Positions 1 through 13,700 of a DNA stretch of 64,000 bases are shown here, in pieces; the stretch's first letter is position 1, and the number at the start of each line of letters is the position of its first letter. The notes beneath the pieces are model-generated. The model made no database searches. It had not been told where the DNA came from and saw only the letters and a list, made by a program, of their open reading frames with translations. Source of the DNA: Phoronis australis (lineage: Eukaryota; Animalia; Phoronida); the NCBI GenBank assembly GCA_002633005.1, contig NMRA01000438.1:137118-201117 (forward strand). The letters are read 5' to 3'. A program made the position numbers and the translations under genes.

Positions 1-744
1 CCATCTCCACCCTAACTATGAGAGCTAATGGAAACTGAAAAATTGTCGTAGTTAACAACAAATTTAAGTGGGGATCTGGGGCGGCTCCTCAAGGAAGGGT
101 CGCCACTCCCTTTCACTGGAGGCTGCCAGTGGAGTACCTTAAACCTGAATTCTTAATCGATAGATATTTGTAGTCCAATACTAGCTATATTCTTAATTCT
201 GTTTATTGTCAAAATGTTCCAGAATTGCTGTCACCTGACATCTAAAAGGTAATGACCGGAAGTTAGCGGTCTATATTGCTGAAGTGAGTGGATGCGAGAA
301 GTATGAAAATTACGAAACCCAAGTCAAACATAAAAAAACATGCCTTATCACACTGGAGCGAAAGTTGGCACACGACGCAACGCGCAAAAGGACCGCCCGA
401 AACCTTTTGGCGGCGTTTTCCAGCGGAGGGCGTTAAGTATGTGTAACTGATGTCAATATTGACGATCGTTACGGATTAACTATGGATTATCGATATGATG
501 TTAAAGAAACCTGCTAAAAGAACCAAAAAAGTGATTGAATCAAAATTGCGCATGGTGGAAAAGCTAACACTTTGAGCTAAAACAGTGCTAGCTGTGCAAA
601 AATCTTTCCCCCGTTACCTCTCGATTACATCTTCGAATCCACTAAAATTCAATTTTGCGTTAAATACCACCAGTTCATAGTAATATCTTTAAATATCACT
701 CCCTTTCATACTATGTATCTCTCTGTCTCTCTCTCTCTCTCTCT

Positions 745-1654
745 NNNNNNNNNNNNNNNNNNNNNNNNNNNNNNNNNNNNNNNNNNNNNNNNNNNNNNNN
801 NNNNNNNNNNNNNNNNNNNNNNNNNNNNNNNNNNNNNNNNNNNNNNNNNNNNNNNNNNNNNNNNNNNNNNNNNNNNNNNNNNNNNNNNNNNNNNNNNNNN
901 NNNNNNNNNNNNNNNNNNNNNNNNNNNNNNNNNNNNNNNNNNNNNNNNNNNNNNNNNNNNNNNNNNNNNNNNNNNNNNNNNNNNNNNNNNNNNNNNNNNN
1001 NNNNNNNNNNNNNNNNNNNNNNNNNNNNNNNNNNNNNNNNNNNNNNNNNNNNNNNNNNNNNNNNNNNNNNNNNNNNNNNNNNNNNNNNNNNNNNNNNNNN
1101 NNNNNNNNNNNNNNNNNNNNNNNNNNNNNNNNNNNNNNNNNNNNNNNNNNNNNNNNNNNNNNNNNNNNNNNNNNNNNNNNNNNNNNNNNNNNNNNNNNNN
1201 NNNNNNNNNNNNNNNNNNNNNNNNNNNNNNNNNNNNNNNNNNNNNNNNNNNNNNNNNNNNNNNNNNNNNNNNNNNNNNNNNNNNNNNNNNNNNNNNNNNN
1301 NNNNNNNNNNNNNNNNNNNNNNNNNNNNNNNNNNNNNNNNNNNNNNNNNNNNNNNNNNNNNNNNNNNNNNNNNNNNNNNNNNNNNNNNNNNNNNNNNNNN
1401 NNNNNNNNNNNNNNNNNNNNNNNNNNNNNNNNNNNNNNNNNNNNNNNNNNNNNNNNNNNNNNNNNNNNNNNNNNNNNNNNNNNNNNNNNNNNNNNNNNNN
1501 NNNNNNNNNNNNNNNNNNNNNNNNNNNNNNNNNNNNNNNNNNNNNNNNNNNNNNNNNNNNNNNNNNNNNNNNNNNNNNNNNNNNNNNNNNNNNNNNNNNN
1601 NNNNNNNNNNNNNNNNNNNNNNNNNNNNNNNNNNNNNNNNNNNNNNNNNNNNNN
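745..1654. other. Assembly gap (N run)
   Basis: N characters; the ORFs spanning it are artefacts. Confidence 1.
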
Positions 1655-2257
1655 ACTGGAGGCTGCCAGTGGAGTACCTTAAACCTGAATTCTTAATCGA
1701 TAGATATTTGTAGTCCAATACTAGCTATATTCATGATTCTGTTTATTGTCAAAATGTTCCAGAATTGCTGTCACCTGACATCTAAAGGGTAATGACCGGA
1801 AGTTAGCGGTCTATATTGCTGAAGTGAGTGGATGCGAGAAGTATGAAAATTACGAAACCCAAGTCAAAGATAAAAAACCAGGCCTTATGACACTGGAACG
1901 AAAGTTGGCACACGACGCAACGCGCAAAAGGACCGCCCGAAACCTTTTGGCGGCGTTTTCCAGCGGAGGGCATTACGTAGGTGTAACTGATTTCAATATT
2001 GACGATCATTACGGATTAACTATGGGTTATTGATATGATGTTAAAGAAACCTGCTAAAAGAACCAAAAAAGTGATTGAAACAAAAGTACGCATGATGGAA
2101 AAGCTAACACATTGAGCCAAAACAGTACGAGCTGTGCAAAAATTTCTCCCCCGTTACCTCTCGATTACCTCTTCGAATGCAGTAAAATTCAATTTTGCGT
2201 TAAATACCATCAGTTCATAGTAATATCTTTAAATATCACTCCCTTTCATACTATGTA

Positions 2258-2323
<66 letters not shown>

Positions 2324-2340
2324 TCTCCCTCTCTCTCTTT
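2258..2340. repeat. (CT)n microsatellite, with a second copy at 718-744 running into the gap
   Basis: Directly visible dinucleotide run. Confidence 0.95.
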
Positions 2341-5300
2341 TATCACAACCATTTTTCTTTCTTTCTTGCGCTCGTTCTCGCTTTCACATTGGTTTCACTT
2401 TCTCGCTCACTCTCCCTGCTTCCACCCCTCTAAAACACATTCCCTCAATCCCCATCTCAACCCTAACTATGATATATATATATATAAAGGAAATTGAAAA
2501 ATTATCGTGCTTAACACCAAATTTAAGTGGGAATAACTGGGAGGCACCTCAAGGAAGGATCGCCACTCTCTTTCACTGGAGGCTGCTAGTAGTGTACCTT
2601 GAACCTGATTTCTCTATCCATAAATATTTGTCGTCCAATAGCAGCAACTTGTCCAATTTCGCAATATTCTTGAATCTGCTTAATGTTAAAATTTTCCGGA
2701 ATTGCTGTCACCTGACATCTAAATGGAAAATACCGGAAAGCAGCGGTCTATAATGCAGAAGTCAGTGGATACCAGAAGTATAAAAATTACGAAACACAAG
2801 CCAATGATCACAAACCATGCCGAAAAAGGACCGTCCAAAACCTTTTGACGGCGTTGTCCGGCGGAGGGCATCTTATATTCCAATTAAATATGTCAAAATG
2901 ATGTCAATTTTGACGGTCATTACGGATCAAGCATGAGTTATGGATGTGGTGCCGAGGTAACAAGCTAAAGTTATCAAAAAATGACTGAAGCAAAACTGCT
3001 TGCGATGGAAAAGCTAAAAGTTGTAAAGAAAATCAATGATAGACACGCGAATGCAGTATGTTTCAATTTCGCGTTAAATTCCATAAGTTTGTTTTAATGT
3101 CTACAATCATTACCAGTAAACAGGTGTTATGAACTTGCTCTAAAACCTGAATCTCAAATTTATTAAAACCAAGCAAATGCTCCAAAAACTTTGCTTGAAT
3201 ACCCCTGGAAGTTTCTGGAATTAAATGATGTCACACACGCTCAAAAAGACCGCCCGATTCCCTTTTAATTGCAGTTCACAGAGGTGTTAGTTCAAAACTC
3301 GCACATATCTGTCAATCTGATGCAATTATTGGCGATTATTCGAATGGATAGGAGTTTTGAGCTTGGGGTCAAAGTTGTCTCTTAAAATTTGCCAGAAATA
3401 AGCAAATGCTCCCAACCCACGTTTGATTACAAGTGAATTTACTGAGTCAAAATGATGTTAGCTATCCCACAAAAGGTCCTCCGCCCAAAGCCTTTTGATT
3501 GTCTTTGCCAGTAAACTATGTTTCAATTTCTCAATCAGTCTGTCAAGTCGATGTCAATATTGACGATTATTTTAACTATCAAACAGTGGTTATGTATTTG
3601 CTGCCAAACCTTTGTGAGTGACTTATCTTTGTTTGCGGAAAACATTGTTATTGTCTGCTCTTATGGATAGTGAAAATTTTTTCTTGCCAATGGCATAACC
3701 ATATCTCTGGAAAAAGATGTTTGTACATATTCGGGTTTAAGTGAAAGCGCTTAATGTTTTACTTCGTCTTGCCTAACTCTTTTCCTATTCATCACTTGGT
3801 AGAGATTGACATATGATGCCTAATATACAAAATTACAATAAATTGTCATAAGTACGATCTAAGTTAAGTGGGGAGGGGGAACGGTTCCTCAAGGAATGGT
3901 CGCCATTCCCTTTCATTGGAGGCTGCCAGTGGAGTACCTTCAACATGAATTCTCTATTGACTAATATGTGTTGTCCATTAGCAGTAACTTATCTGATTTC
4001 GCTAGATTCTTAAATCTGCTTTAAAAAGCGTTCCGGATTTGCAGTTCCCTATTATCTAAAGGGCAAAGATCGGAATGTCATGGTTCAAATTGCAGATTTC
4101 AGTAGACACCAGCACTATAGAAAAAAACAAAAACAAAACGCAACTAGTCAATAATCCAAAACCATGCTTAATCTTCTCGAAAAATCGCTGGGGCGAAAGG
4201 TGGGACATGACGCGACGCAAAAAAGGATCGCCCGAAACCTTTTGACGGCGTTTTCCAGCGGAGTGCATTTTAAATTCCCATTAAATATGTCAAAATGATG
4301 TCAATACTGACAGTCATTACGGACCAAGTATCGGTTATGGATGTGATGTGAAAGTCGTCTGCTAAAGTTACCAAAAAGTGACTGAAACAAAACTGTGCAC
4401 GATGGAATAGCTAAAACTTTTGAAGAAAATCAATGTTAGCTACGCATAAATGTCTCACCCGTTACCTTCCGATTTGTTTTGCGAATGAAGTATGTTTCAA
4501 TTTCGCGTAAAATCCCATAAGTTTCTATTAATATCTACAATTATTACGAGTCAAGCAGGTGTTATGTGACCTGCTGTAAAGCTGTGTCTGAAATTTGTCG
4601 AAACAAAGCAAATGGTCCAAAAGTTTGCTTGAATACCGCTGAAGTTTATGGAACTAACTGATGTTTAGAAACGCACAAAAGGACCGCGGAATACCTTTTA
4701 ATTGCCGTTCACAGAGGTGTTGGTTTAAAACTCGCTCAAAACCGTAAAGTTGAAGTAATTATTCTTGCTCATTCGAATGGATAGGGGTTTTGAGGTTAGA
4801 GTCAAATTGTCTGTTAAAATTTGCCAAAAATATGCAAATGCTCCCAACCCACGCTTGACTACCCGTGAATTTACTGAATCAAAATGATGTTGGCTACGCA
4901 CAAAAAGGTCCGCCCGAAGCCTTTTGATTGTCGTTGCCAGTAAAGTATGTTCCAAATTCTCAATCAATCTGACAAGCTGATGTTAATATTGACGATTATT
5001 AACTGTCAAACAGTGGTTATGTATTTGGTGCCAAACAGTTTTGAGTGACACATAGTTGTTTGGGGAAATCCTTGTTATTGCCTGCTTTCATAGATATTGA
5101 AAAAATTTTCTTGTCTGACTCAATGGTATAACCTTATCTCTTGAAAAAGATATTTGTACATATTCGAGTCTGACTGAAATCTCCTAATGTTTTACTTCGT
5201 CTTGCCTAACACCTTTAATATTCACCACTTGAAAGAGGTTGCGATATGATGCCAAATACAAAATTACAAAAAAATGTCATACCCACGAACTAAGTTAAGT

Positions 5301-8300
5301 GGGGATGGGGGAACGGCTCCTCAAGGAAAGGTCGCCACTCCCTTCCAATAGAGGCTGCCAGTGAAGTATCTTCAACATGAATTCTCTATTGACAAATATG
5401 TGTAGTCTATTATCAGTAATTTATCTTAATTTTGCTACATTCTGAAATCTGCTTAGTGTTAAAGCGTTCCGGATTTGTAGTTCCCTATTATCTAAAGGGC
5501 AAAGATCGGAATGTCATGGTTCAAATTGCAGATTTCAGTAGACACCAGCACTATAGAAAAACAAAACAAAACGCAACTAGTCAATAATCCAAAACCATGC
5601 CTAATCTTCTCGAAAAATCGCTGGGGCGAAAGGTAGGACATGACGCGACGCACAAAAGGATCGCCCGAAATCTGTTGAAGGCGTTTTCCACCGGAGTGCT
5701 TTTAAATTCCCATTAAATATGCAAAATGATGTCAATACTGACAGTCATTACGGACCAAGCATGGGTTATGGATGTGATGTGAAAGTCGTCTGCTAAAGTC
5801 ACCAAAAAGTGACTGAAACAAAACTGTGCACGATGGAAAAGCTAAAACTTTTGAAGAAAATCAATGTTAGCTACGCATAAATGTCTCACCCGTTACCTTC
5901 CGATTTGTTTTTCGAATGCAGTATGTTTCAATTTCGCGTTAAATCCCATAAGTTTCTATTAATATCTACAATTATTACGAGTCAAGCAGGTGTTATGAAC
6001 CTGCTGTAAAGCTGTGTCTGAAATTTGTCGAAACAAAGCAAATGGTCCAAAAGTTTGCTTGAATACCGCTGAAGTTTATGGAACTAACTGATGTTTAGAA
6101 ACGCACAAAAGGACCGCGTGATACCTTTTAATTGCCGTTCATAGAGGTGTTGGTTTAAAACTCGCTCAAAACCGTAAAGTTGAACTAATTATTCTTGATT
6201 ATTCGAATCGATAGGGGTTTTGAGGTTGGAGTCAAGTTGTCTGTTAAAATTTGCCAAAAATAAGCAAATGCTCCCAACCCACGCTTGACTACCCGTGAAT
6301 TTACTGGATCAAAGTGATGTTGGCTACGCACAAAAAGGTCCGCCCGAAGCCTTTTGATTGTCGTTGCCAGTAAAGTATGTTCCAAATTCTCAATCAATCT
6401 GACAAGCTGATGTTAATATTGACGATTATTAACTGTCAAACAGTGGTTATGTATTTGGTGCCAAACAGTTTTGAGTGACACATAGTTGTTTGGGGAAATC
6501 CTTGTTATTGCCTGCTTTCATAGATATTGAAAAAATTTTCTTGTCAATGGTATAACCTTATCTCTTGAAAAAGATATTTGTACATATTCGAGTTTGACTG
6601 AAATCTCCTAATGTTTTACTTCGTCTTGCCTAACACCTTTAATATTCACCACTTGAAAGAGGTTGCGATATGATGCCAAATACAAAATTACAAAAAATGT
6701 CATACCCACGAACTAAGTTAAGTGGGGATGGGGGAACGGCTCCTCAAGGAAAGGTCGCCACTCCCTTCCAATAGAGGCTGCCAGTGAAGTACCTTCAACA
6801 TGAATTCTCTATTGACAAATATGTGTAGTCTATTATCAGTAATTTATCTAATTTTGCTACATTCTTAAATCTGCTTAATGTTAAAGACTTCCGCATTTGT
6901 AGTTCCCTATTATCTAAAGGGCAAATATCTTAATGCCATGGTCTAAATTGCAGAAGTCAGTGCACTCCAGAACTATAGATAAGCGAAACACAAGTCAGTG
7001 ATCCAAAACCATGCTTTAATTTCCTCGAAAAACGCTGGAACGAAAGGTGGAACGTGAAACGACCCAAACAAACGACCGCCCGAAGCCTTTTGACAAAGTT
7101 TTCTAGCGGAGGTCATTTTATATTCCCATTAAATATGTCAAAGCGACGACAAAATTAACGGTGATTACTAATTAAGCATGGGTTATGGATATGGTGCTAA
7201 ATTCACCTGCTAAAATTACCAAAAAGTGACTGAAACAAAACCACGCATGATGTAAAAGCTAAAAAGTTTGAAGCAAAACCGTGTTAGTTACGCAAAAATG
7301 TCTCACCTATTGCAATTTGTTTGCTTTTTCGAATGAAGTATGTTTCAGTTTCGCGTTAAATCTCATAAGTTCATGTTAAATTCTACAATTATTACGAAAA
7401 AAGCAAGTGTTATGAACTTACTGCAAAACCTGAAACCGAAACCAAGCAAATGATCCAAAAACTTTGCTTGAATACCGCTGAAGTTTATAGAACGTAATGA
7501 TGTTTAAAACGCACATAAGGACCGCACGATACCTTTTAATTACCGTCCACAGATATGGTAGTTTAAAATTCGCTTAAATCCGTGAAGTTGATGCCATTAT
7601 TGACTATTATTCGAGTTGATAGGGGTTTTGAGCTTGGTGTCCAAATTGTTTCTTAAAATTTGCGAAAAATAAGCAAATGTTCGCAAACAACTCTTGATTA
7701 GCCGTGAGTTTATGGATCAAAATGATGTTAGCTACGTACAAAAGGTCCGCCCGAAGCCTTTTGATTGTCGTTGCCAGTAAAGTATGTTTCAAATTCTCAA
7801 TCAATCTGTAAAGTTGATGTTAATATTGACGATTATGAACTGTCAAACAGTGGTTGCGTAGTTGGTTTCATACTTTTGTGAGTGACACATCTTTGTTTGG
7901 GGAAAGCATTGTTATTGCCTGCTTTGATGGATATTGAAAATTTCTTCTTGTCAACGGTATAACCATATCTCTTGAAAAAGATGTTTGTACATATTCGGGT
8001 TTGAGTGAAAGCGCTTAATGTTTTACTTCGTCTTGCCTAACTCTTTTCCTATTCATCTCTTGGTAGAGATTGCCATATGATGCCTAATATAAAATTACAA
8101 AAAATTGTCATACGTACGAACTAGGTTAAGTGGGGAGGGGGAAACGGCTCCTCCATGAAAGGTCACCACTTCCTTTCACTGGAGCCTTCCAGTGGAGTAC
8201 CTTCAACATGAATTCTCTATTGACAAATATGTGTAGTCGATTAGCGGTAACTTATCTGATATCGTTATATTCTTAAATCTGCTTAATGTGAAAACGTTCC

Positions 8301-10739
8301 GGATTGTCCACTTGATGGCGTTTNAGGTCGCCACTCCCTTCCAATAGAGGCTGCCAGTGAAGTACCTTCAACATGAATTCTCTATTGACAAATATGTGTA
8401 ATCTATTATCAGTAACTTATCTTAATTTTGCTACATTCTTAAATCTGCTTAGTGTTAAAGACTTCCGGATTTGTAGTTCCCTATTATCTAAAGGGCAAAT
8501 ATCTTAATGCCATGGTCTAAATTGCAGAAGTCAGTGCACTCCAGAACTATAGATAAGCGAAACACAAGTCAGTGATCCAAAACCATGCTTTAATTTCCTC
8601 GAAAAACGCTGGAACGAAAGGTGGAACGTGAAACGACCAAACAAATGACCGCACGAAGCCTTTTGACGAAGTTTTCTAGCGGAGGTCATTTTAAAGTCCC
8701 ATTAAATATGTCAAAGCGACGACAAAATTAACGGTCATTACTAATTAAGCATGGGTTATGAATATGGTGTTAAATTCACCTGCTAAAATTACAAAAAAGT
8801 GACTGAAACAAAACCACGCATGATGTAAAAGCTAAAAAGTTTGAAGCAAAACAGTGTTTCACCTATTGCAATTCGTATGCTTTTTCGAATGAAGTATGTT
8901 TCAGTTTCGCGTTAAATCCCATAAGTTCATGTTAAATTCTACAATTATTACGAAAAAAGCAAGTGTTATGAACTTACTGCAAAACCTGAAACCGAAACCA
9001 AGCAAATGATCCAAAAAACTTTGCTTGAATACCACTGAAGTTTATAGAACGGAATGATGTTAAAAACGCACATAAGGACCCCCCGATACCTTTTAATTAC
9101 CGTCCACAGAGATGGTAGTTTAAAATTCGCTTAAATCCGTGAAGTTGATGTCATTATTGACTATTATTCGAATTGATAGGGGTTTTGAGCTTGGTGTCCA
9201 AACTGTTTCTTAAAATTTGCGAAAAATAAGCAAATGCTCGCAAACAACTCTTGATTAGCCGTGAGTTTATGGATCAAAATGATGTTAGCTACGTACAAAA
9301 GGTCCGCCCGAAGCCTTTTGATTGTTTTGATCGTTGCCAGTAAAGTATGTTTCAAATTCTCAATCAATCTGTAAAGTTGATGTTAATATTGACGATCATG
9401 AACTGTCAAACAGTGGTTACGTATTTGGTTTCATACTTTTGTGAGTGACACACCTTTGTTTGGGGAAAGCATTGTTATTGCCTGCTGTGATGGATATTGA
9501 AAATTTCTTCTTGTCAACGGTATAACCATATCTCTTGAAAAAGATGTTTGTACATATTCGGGTTTGAGTGAAAGCGCTTAATGTTTTACTTCGTCTTGCC
9601 TAACTCTTTTCCTATTCATCTCTTGGTACAGATTGCCATATGATGCCTAATATATAAAATTACAATAAATTGTCATACGTACGAACTAGGTTAAGTGGGG
9701 AGGAGGGAACGGCTCCTCCATGAAAGTTCGCCACTTCCTTTCACTGGAGCCTTCCAGTGGAGTACCTTCAACATGAATTCTCTATTGACAAATATGTGTA
9801 GTCCATTAGCAGTAACTTATCTGATATCGTTATATTCTTAAATCTGCTTAATGTGAAAACGTTCCGGATTGTCCACTTGATGGCGTTTTCCAGAGGAGAA
9901 CTAATCTTTTGAAATTCTCTTTTAAATCAGTAAAACCGTTGTTGTGGATATGCTGTCAATCTTTTCTGGGTGAGATGTCGTATTTTAACGGTTGTGCTAG
10001 TGACGGTGTTTTTGTTTCCTTTCCCACTTGTGGGCTGTTTTGGTCATTTACACGGGTAGCATCGTTTATTTGAGCAAAGCCTAAAATCTGAGATCTTCCT
10101 TCCACGTCTTACTTGTCAAACATAGGTAATTTGGCTGAGAACAAGAATACACCAGACTGCCTGCTAAGATGAATCAAAACTGCGTGCTGATCAGTAAACA
10201 TATCTGTCGTGATGTGGCCAACAGGTGGCATGCAGATCAGACTTAAAAATGTCTGCGATAGCAAAGTGGAATATGATGATCAAAAGCGTGGGGCGGCGAA
10301 ATGTTTGCAACTGCTAAAAAACACCCACGTGAAACTGAAAACCGAAACAAAAGACTCAAAGATCAATCCTGAACCACAAAGAGATGGCAATGGAAACTTA
10401 AACATTAATAATAAGTTCTCAATGTTGACAACTAACCAAAACATCAAACCGAAATAGCATAACCAGTACAACTGGCTTGAATGAACAGTGAGCTACCGGG
10501 CATTATCAGGGCGCATACAAATATTAATTGTTTCTTAGTAAAAAATAGCGTTAACTGAGGACACATAGGTACAGTTCCACCTGGAAGAATAGAAAACAAC
10601 AACATCCGTATCAAATAAAAAACACTCACACACAATTAGTGACAACACCACAGGAGGAAATGCACTTTGCAAGTCCAACGATACGTGGCGCTGTTGTTCT
10701 TCTTGAGAACGAATGCCCTGTTCTTTGTATGTGTTCGTT

Positions 10740-13700
10740 ACACCGATATTACTATATGAAATGACAAAGTGCGCGTGAAACCAGACATTTTCATGAAATC
10801 AGAATTGGCGTTTTGCGTACAATGGCACCTTACTACTGGAATATCATACTGTCTTCCATAAAATCACACGAAACTTTTTCCATATTTGTACCTACAGCTC
10901 GCTTTCACAATGTGCGAACGAGCTAATTGCTTACCTGATGGCGAGCGACGTCTGCCGTATGATCGGGTAGTTGCATATGTAAGTCCTTTCTGTCGACGTC
11001 GCGAAGTTTTCTTTCCGAATTTGATATGTTCAGGCAGTCGCTTTGTTTCTATTTTATCTGCGGTATATAAGACATGAATGAGCCAAACTAACAGTAGGCC
11101 TACTACACTGTAAGAACTCCTGCACTCTGGATGACTATATTTCCCGAAAGTTGTCTATCGTGTTATATGTACTCGAAAACAAGAGTTATGCTTAACGTGA
11201 ACATCATTACCTTATATTGATTTGAATCCCATATTTATGGTATCTTTGCACAGTGTCGAAAACGTCCGTTTATGAGAAGGTGTCGCAAAGTCTCATAGTT
11301 TTCTACAAGTTCACATATATCTTGTGATGCCTAAAACAGTTGAACACACAGCCATGCTTTACACGATGGTTTGCAATATTTGTATTTCATTCAACAAAAC
11401 AAACGTAATGGATGCATGCGCGCACCCAGGGCGGCTCGAAGACTCGAAAGATACCACCGTAAGGCGAAGTGGGCAAAAATGTCCGTCTCAGAGAAACAAA
11501 CAGTCCAAAAAAGTAGAAAACGAGACAAAAGTCCACTAAAAAGGCAGGAAGTACCAAAATTCGGCGAAGGCACAATTTATATACACTGAACTTACCCCGT
11601 TTTTTCGTAAAAGGTAAACATTCTCAAAAATTCGAGCCCCCAAGCCATCTTTTAGGTTGTGTGCGCGCAAGGAATGTTGTCAGCATATAAAAGTTTTAAA
11701 GTAGGAGACTCGCCCCGTGACAGTAGCTTTTTTGGAAATTAAAGTTGAATTGATATTGTCCGAGTTTTAGCTAAAAATATCTCTTAACGCTGTTTTAGAT
11801 GACCCTTCTCTTTGATACAGATGCGAATTGTTAATGTGAAACTGAATATTTTTTCTTCACTTTTTGTCACTTTCTGTTATTTTTTTGAAATAAATCATTT
11901 AAAAACCAATAGACGTAACCAGGCACCGTTCAAATCAAGTTTCTCCAGTTCTGTCCTTTTCTGAGGCGCCATCTCTTGTCGGTGACAGTCAATTCAGGCA
12001 ATCTTTTCACATTCCGTCCAGAAGTACGGTACATGTATGACAGCCCCACAATAAGGGCGACAGGTAACAGTGACACCTGACAGTTGCACGTTAGTTGATT
12101 TTACAAAGACAATCAAACGATTTTCCACGAATATTTCTTGTCAATGTGAAGATGTCTCTTGCATTAGAAAGGAATTACTCTAGACCAACTTGTTAGATGT
12201 TTACCGACACCAGTAACTTACTTTAAGATGCACTGTACAAGTCCCATCGTCTTCTCCATAAGGTCACCGCGCGACTTACTTGGTAACCTAAAGCATACAA
12301 TTTCAAGTGGATATCAGTCTTGGTCAATTAGGCGCACATCTCAATATTGGTTTGACTTTTCTCCCTCTATTGACCAGTTTCGACCACCATGCATTTCTAA
12401 TAAGAGCTTTTGATTCCAGCAGTCCCAAACAGAAACCAAACACCAACGTTATGTGAAATGACTAGTGCATGAATACGAACACTTTAATCAAATCGGTGTT
12501 TTTCTTAGAATATGCAGTGACTCCCTATTATTGGTACATTGTACTTCCGTAAAATCACAAGAAAAAGTAACTTCTACCTACAGCTCGACGCTTTCTCATT
12601 GCGAATAGTTGATGGTAAGCGACATCTGCCGGATGTTATGCTAGGCAAAAATATATTCTGTCCACGTCTTGGAGTTATCTTTCCGAATTCGATATGTTTA
12701 GCATGTCGTTTCGTCTGTATTTTATCTGCGGTATACAAAGCTAGAATGAGTCAAACTATCAGTACTACAATGTAAGAACTCCCGGTAGTCAGGATGGCCA
12801 TTTCTGCGGAAAGTTACCTATTGAGTGATATTTACAAGAAACAAAAAGATTTATGCTAAACGTGAACATCATATTGCCTTACATTTATCTGAATCCCATC
12901 TTGATGGTATCTTTGAGTAGCGTCGAAAATGTCCTTTTGTAAGGGGTTGTCGCCAAATCTCAGTTTTGTACAAGTTTACATTTATCTCGTGATACCTAAA
13001 ACAGTGGAACACACAGACATACTGTAAGCGATGGTTTGCATTATTCGCATTTCTTTCAACAAAACGAATGTAAGGGTTTTTGTCCAGATATAGAAATATG
13101 GAAGTAAGAGAATCACGCCCTCCACATTGCTTTTGGTAAACTGAAGTTAAAGTAATGTACTGAGTCCGCAGATTTAGCTAAGAATATCTCTTAACGTCGT
13201 TTGAGCTGATCCTTTTCTATGACAAAGTTGCCAAGTGTTAATCTGAAAGTGAATGTTTTTTTCTACCTCACTTTTTGTTAATTTCTATTATATTGTTGAC
13301 ATAAATTATTTAAAAACCAATGAAAGTAACCAGGCACCGTTCAAATGAAGTTTCTCGGGTTCTTTCCTTTTTTGAGGCGCCATCTCTTGCCGGTGACACA
13401 CAATTCAGGTAATCTTCTCACAATCCGTTCAGAAGTACGGTACATGTATGACAGCCTCACAATAAGGGCGACTGGTGACAATGAAACCTGACAAGTGTAC
13501 GTTAGTTGATTTTATGAAGACGGTCAAATTGTTTTCTACAAAAATTCCTTGTCAATGTGAAGACATCACATGTATTAGAAAGGAATCGCTCATGTCCAAT
13601 ATGTGAACTTAGATGTTTACGACAGTAGTAACTTACTTTAGATGCACTGTACAAGTCGCAACTATAACGTCCTAACTCTACGGTCACCGCGTCATTTCCT

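Larger units (their letters stand above)
1..9890. repeat. Tandem array A: ~1.4-kb higher-order units, each built from diverged ~226-bp monomers
   Basis: The marker aagtgggga...ggctcctcaaggaa.ggtcgccactccc recurs at ~66, 2525, 3866, 5297, 6720, 8128 and 9693. The sub-motif aaaaggaccgcccgaaaccttttg and its variants recur at ~4222, 4445, 4677 and 4903. Confidence 0.9.

Noticed and set aside
711-1718. Long ORFs across the first gap, and likewise the 61689-62850 ORFs
   Set aside because: They consist almost entirely of translated N.
1824-2033. Ankyrin-like phrase (A/T)DVNIDDHYGLT on the plus strand of array A
   Set aside because: No following TPLH/helix pattern, the period is not a multiple of 33 aa, and there are many stops.
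2112-2753. 213-aa ORF with an LSLSLS run
   Set aside because: The frame is held open by the (CT)n microsatellite within the repeat array, and it is not conserved in other units.
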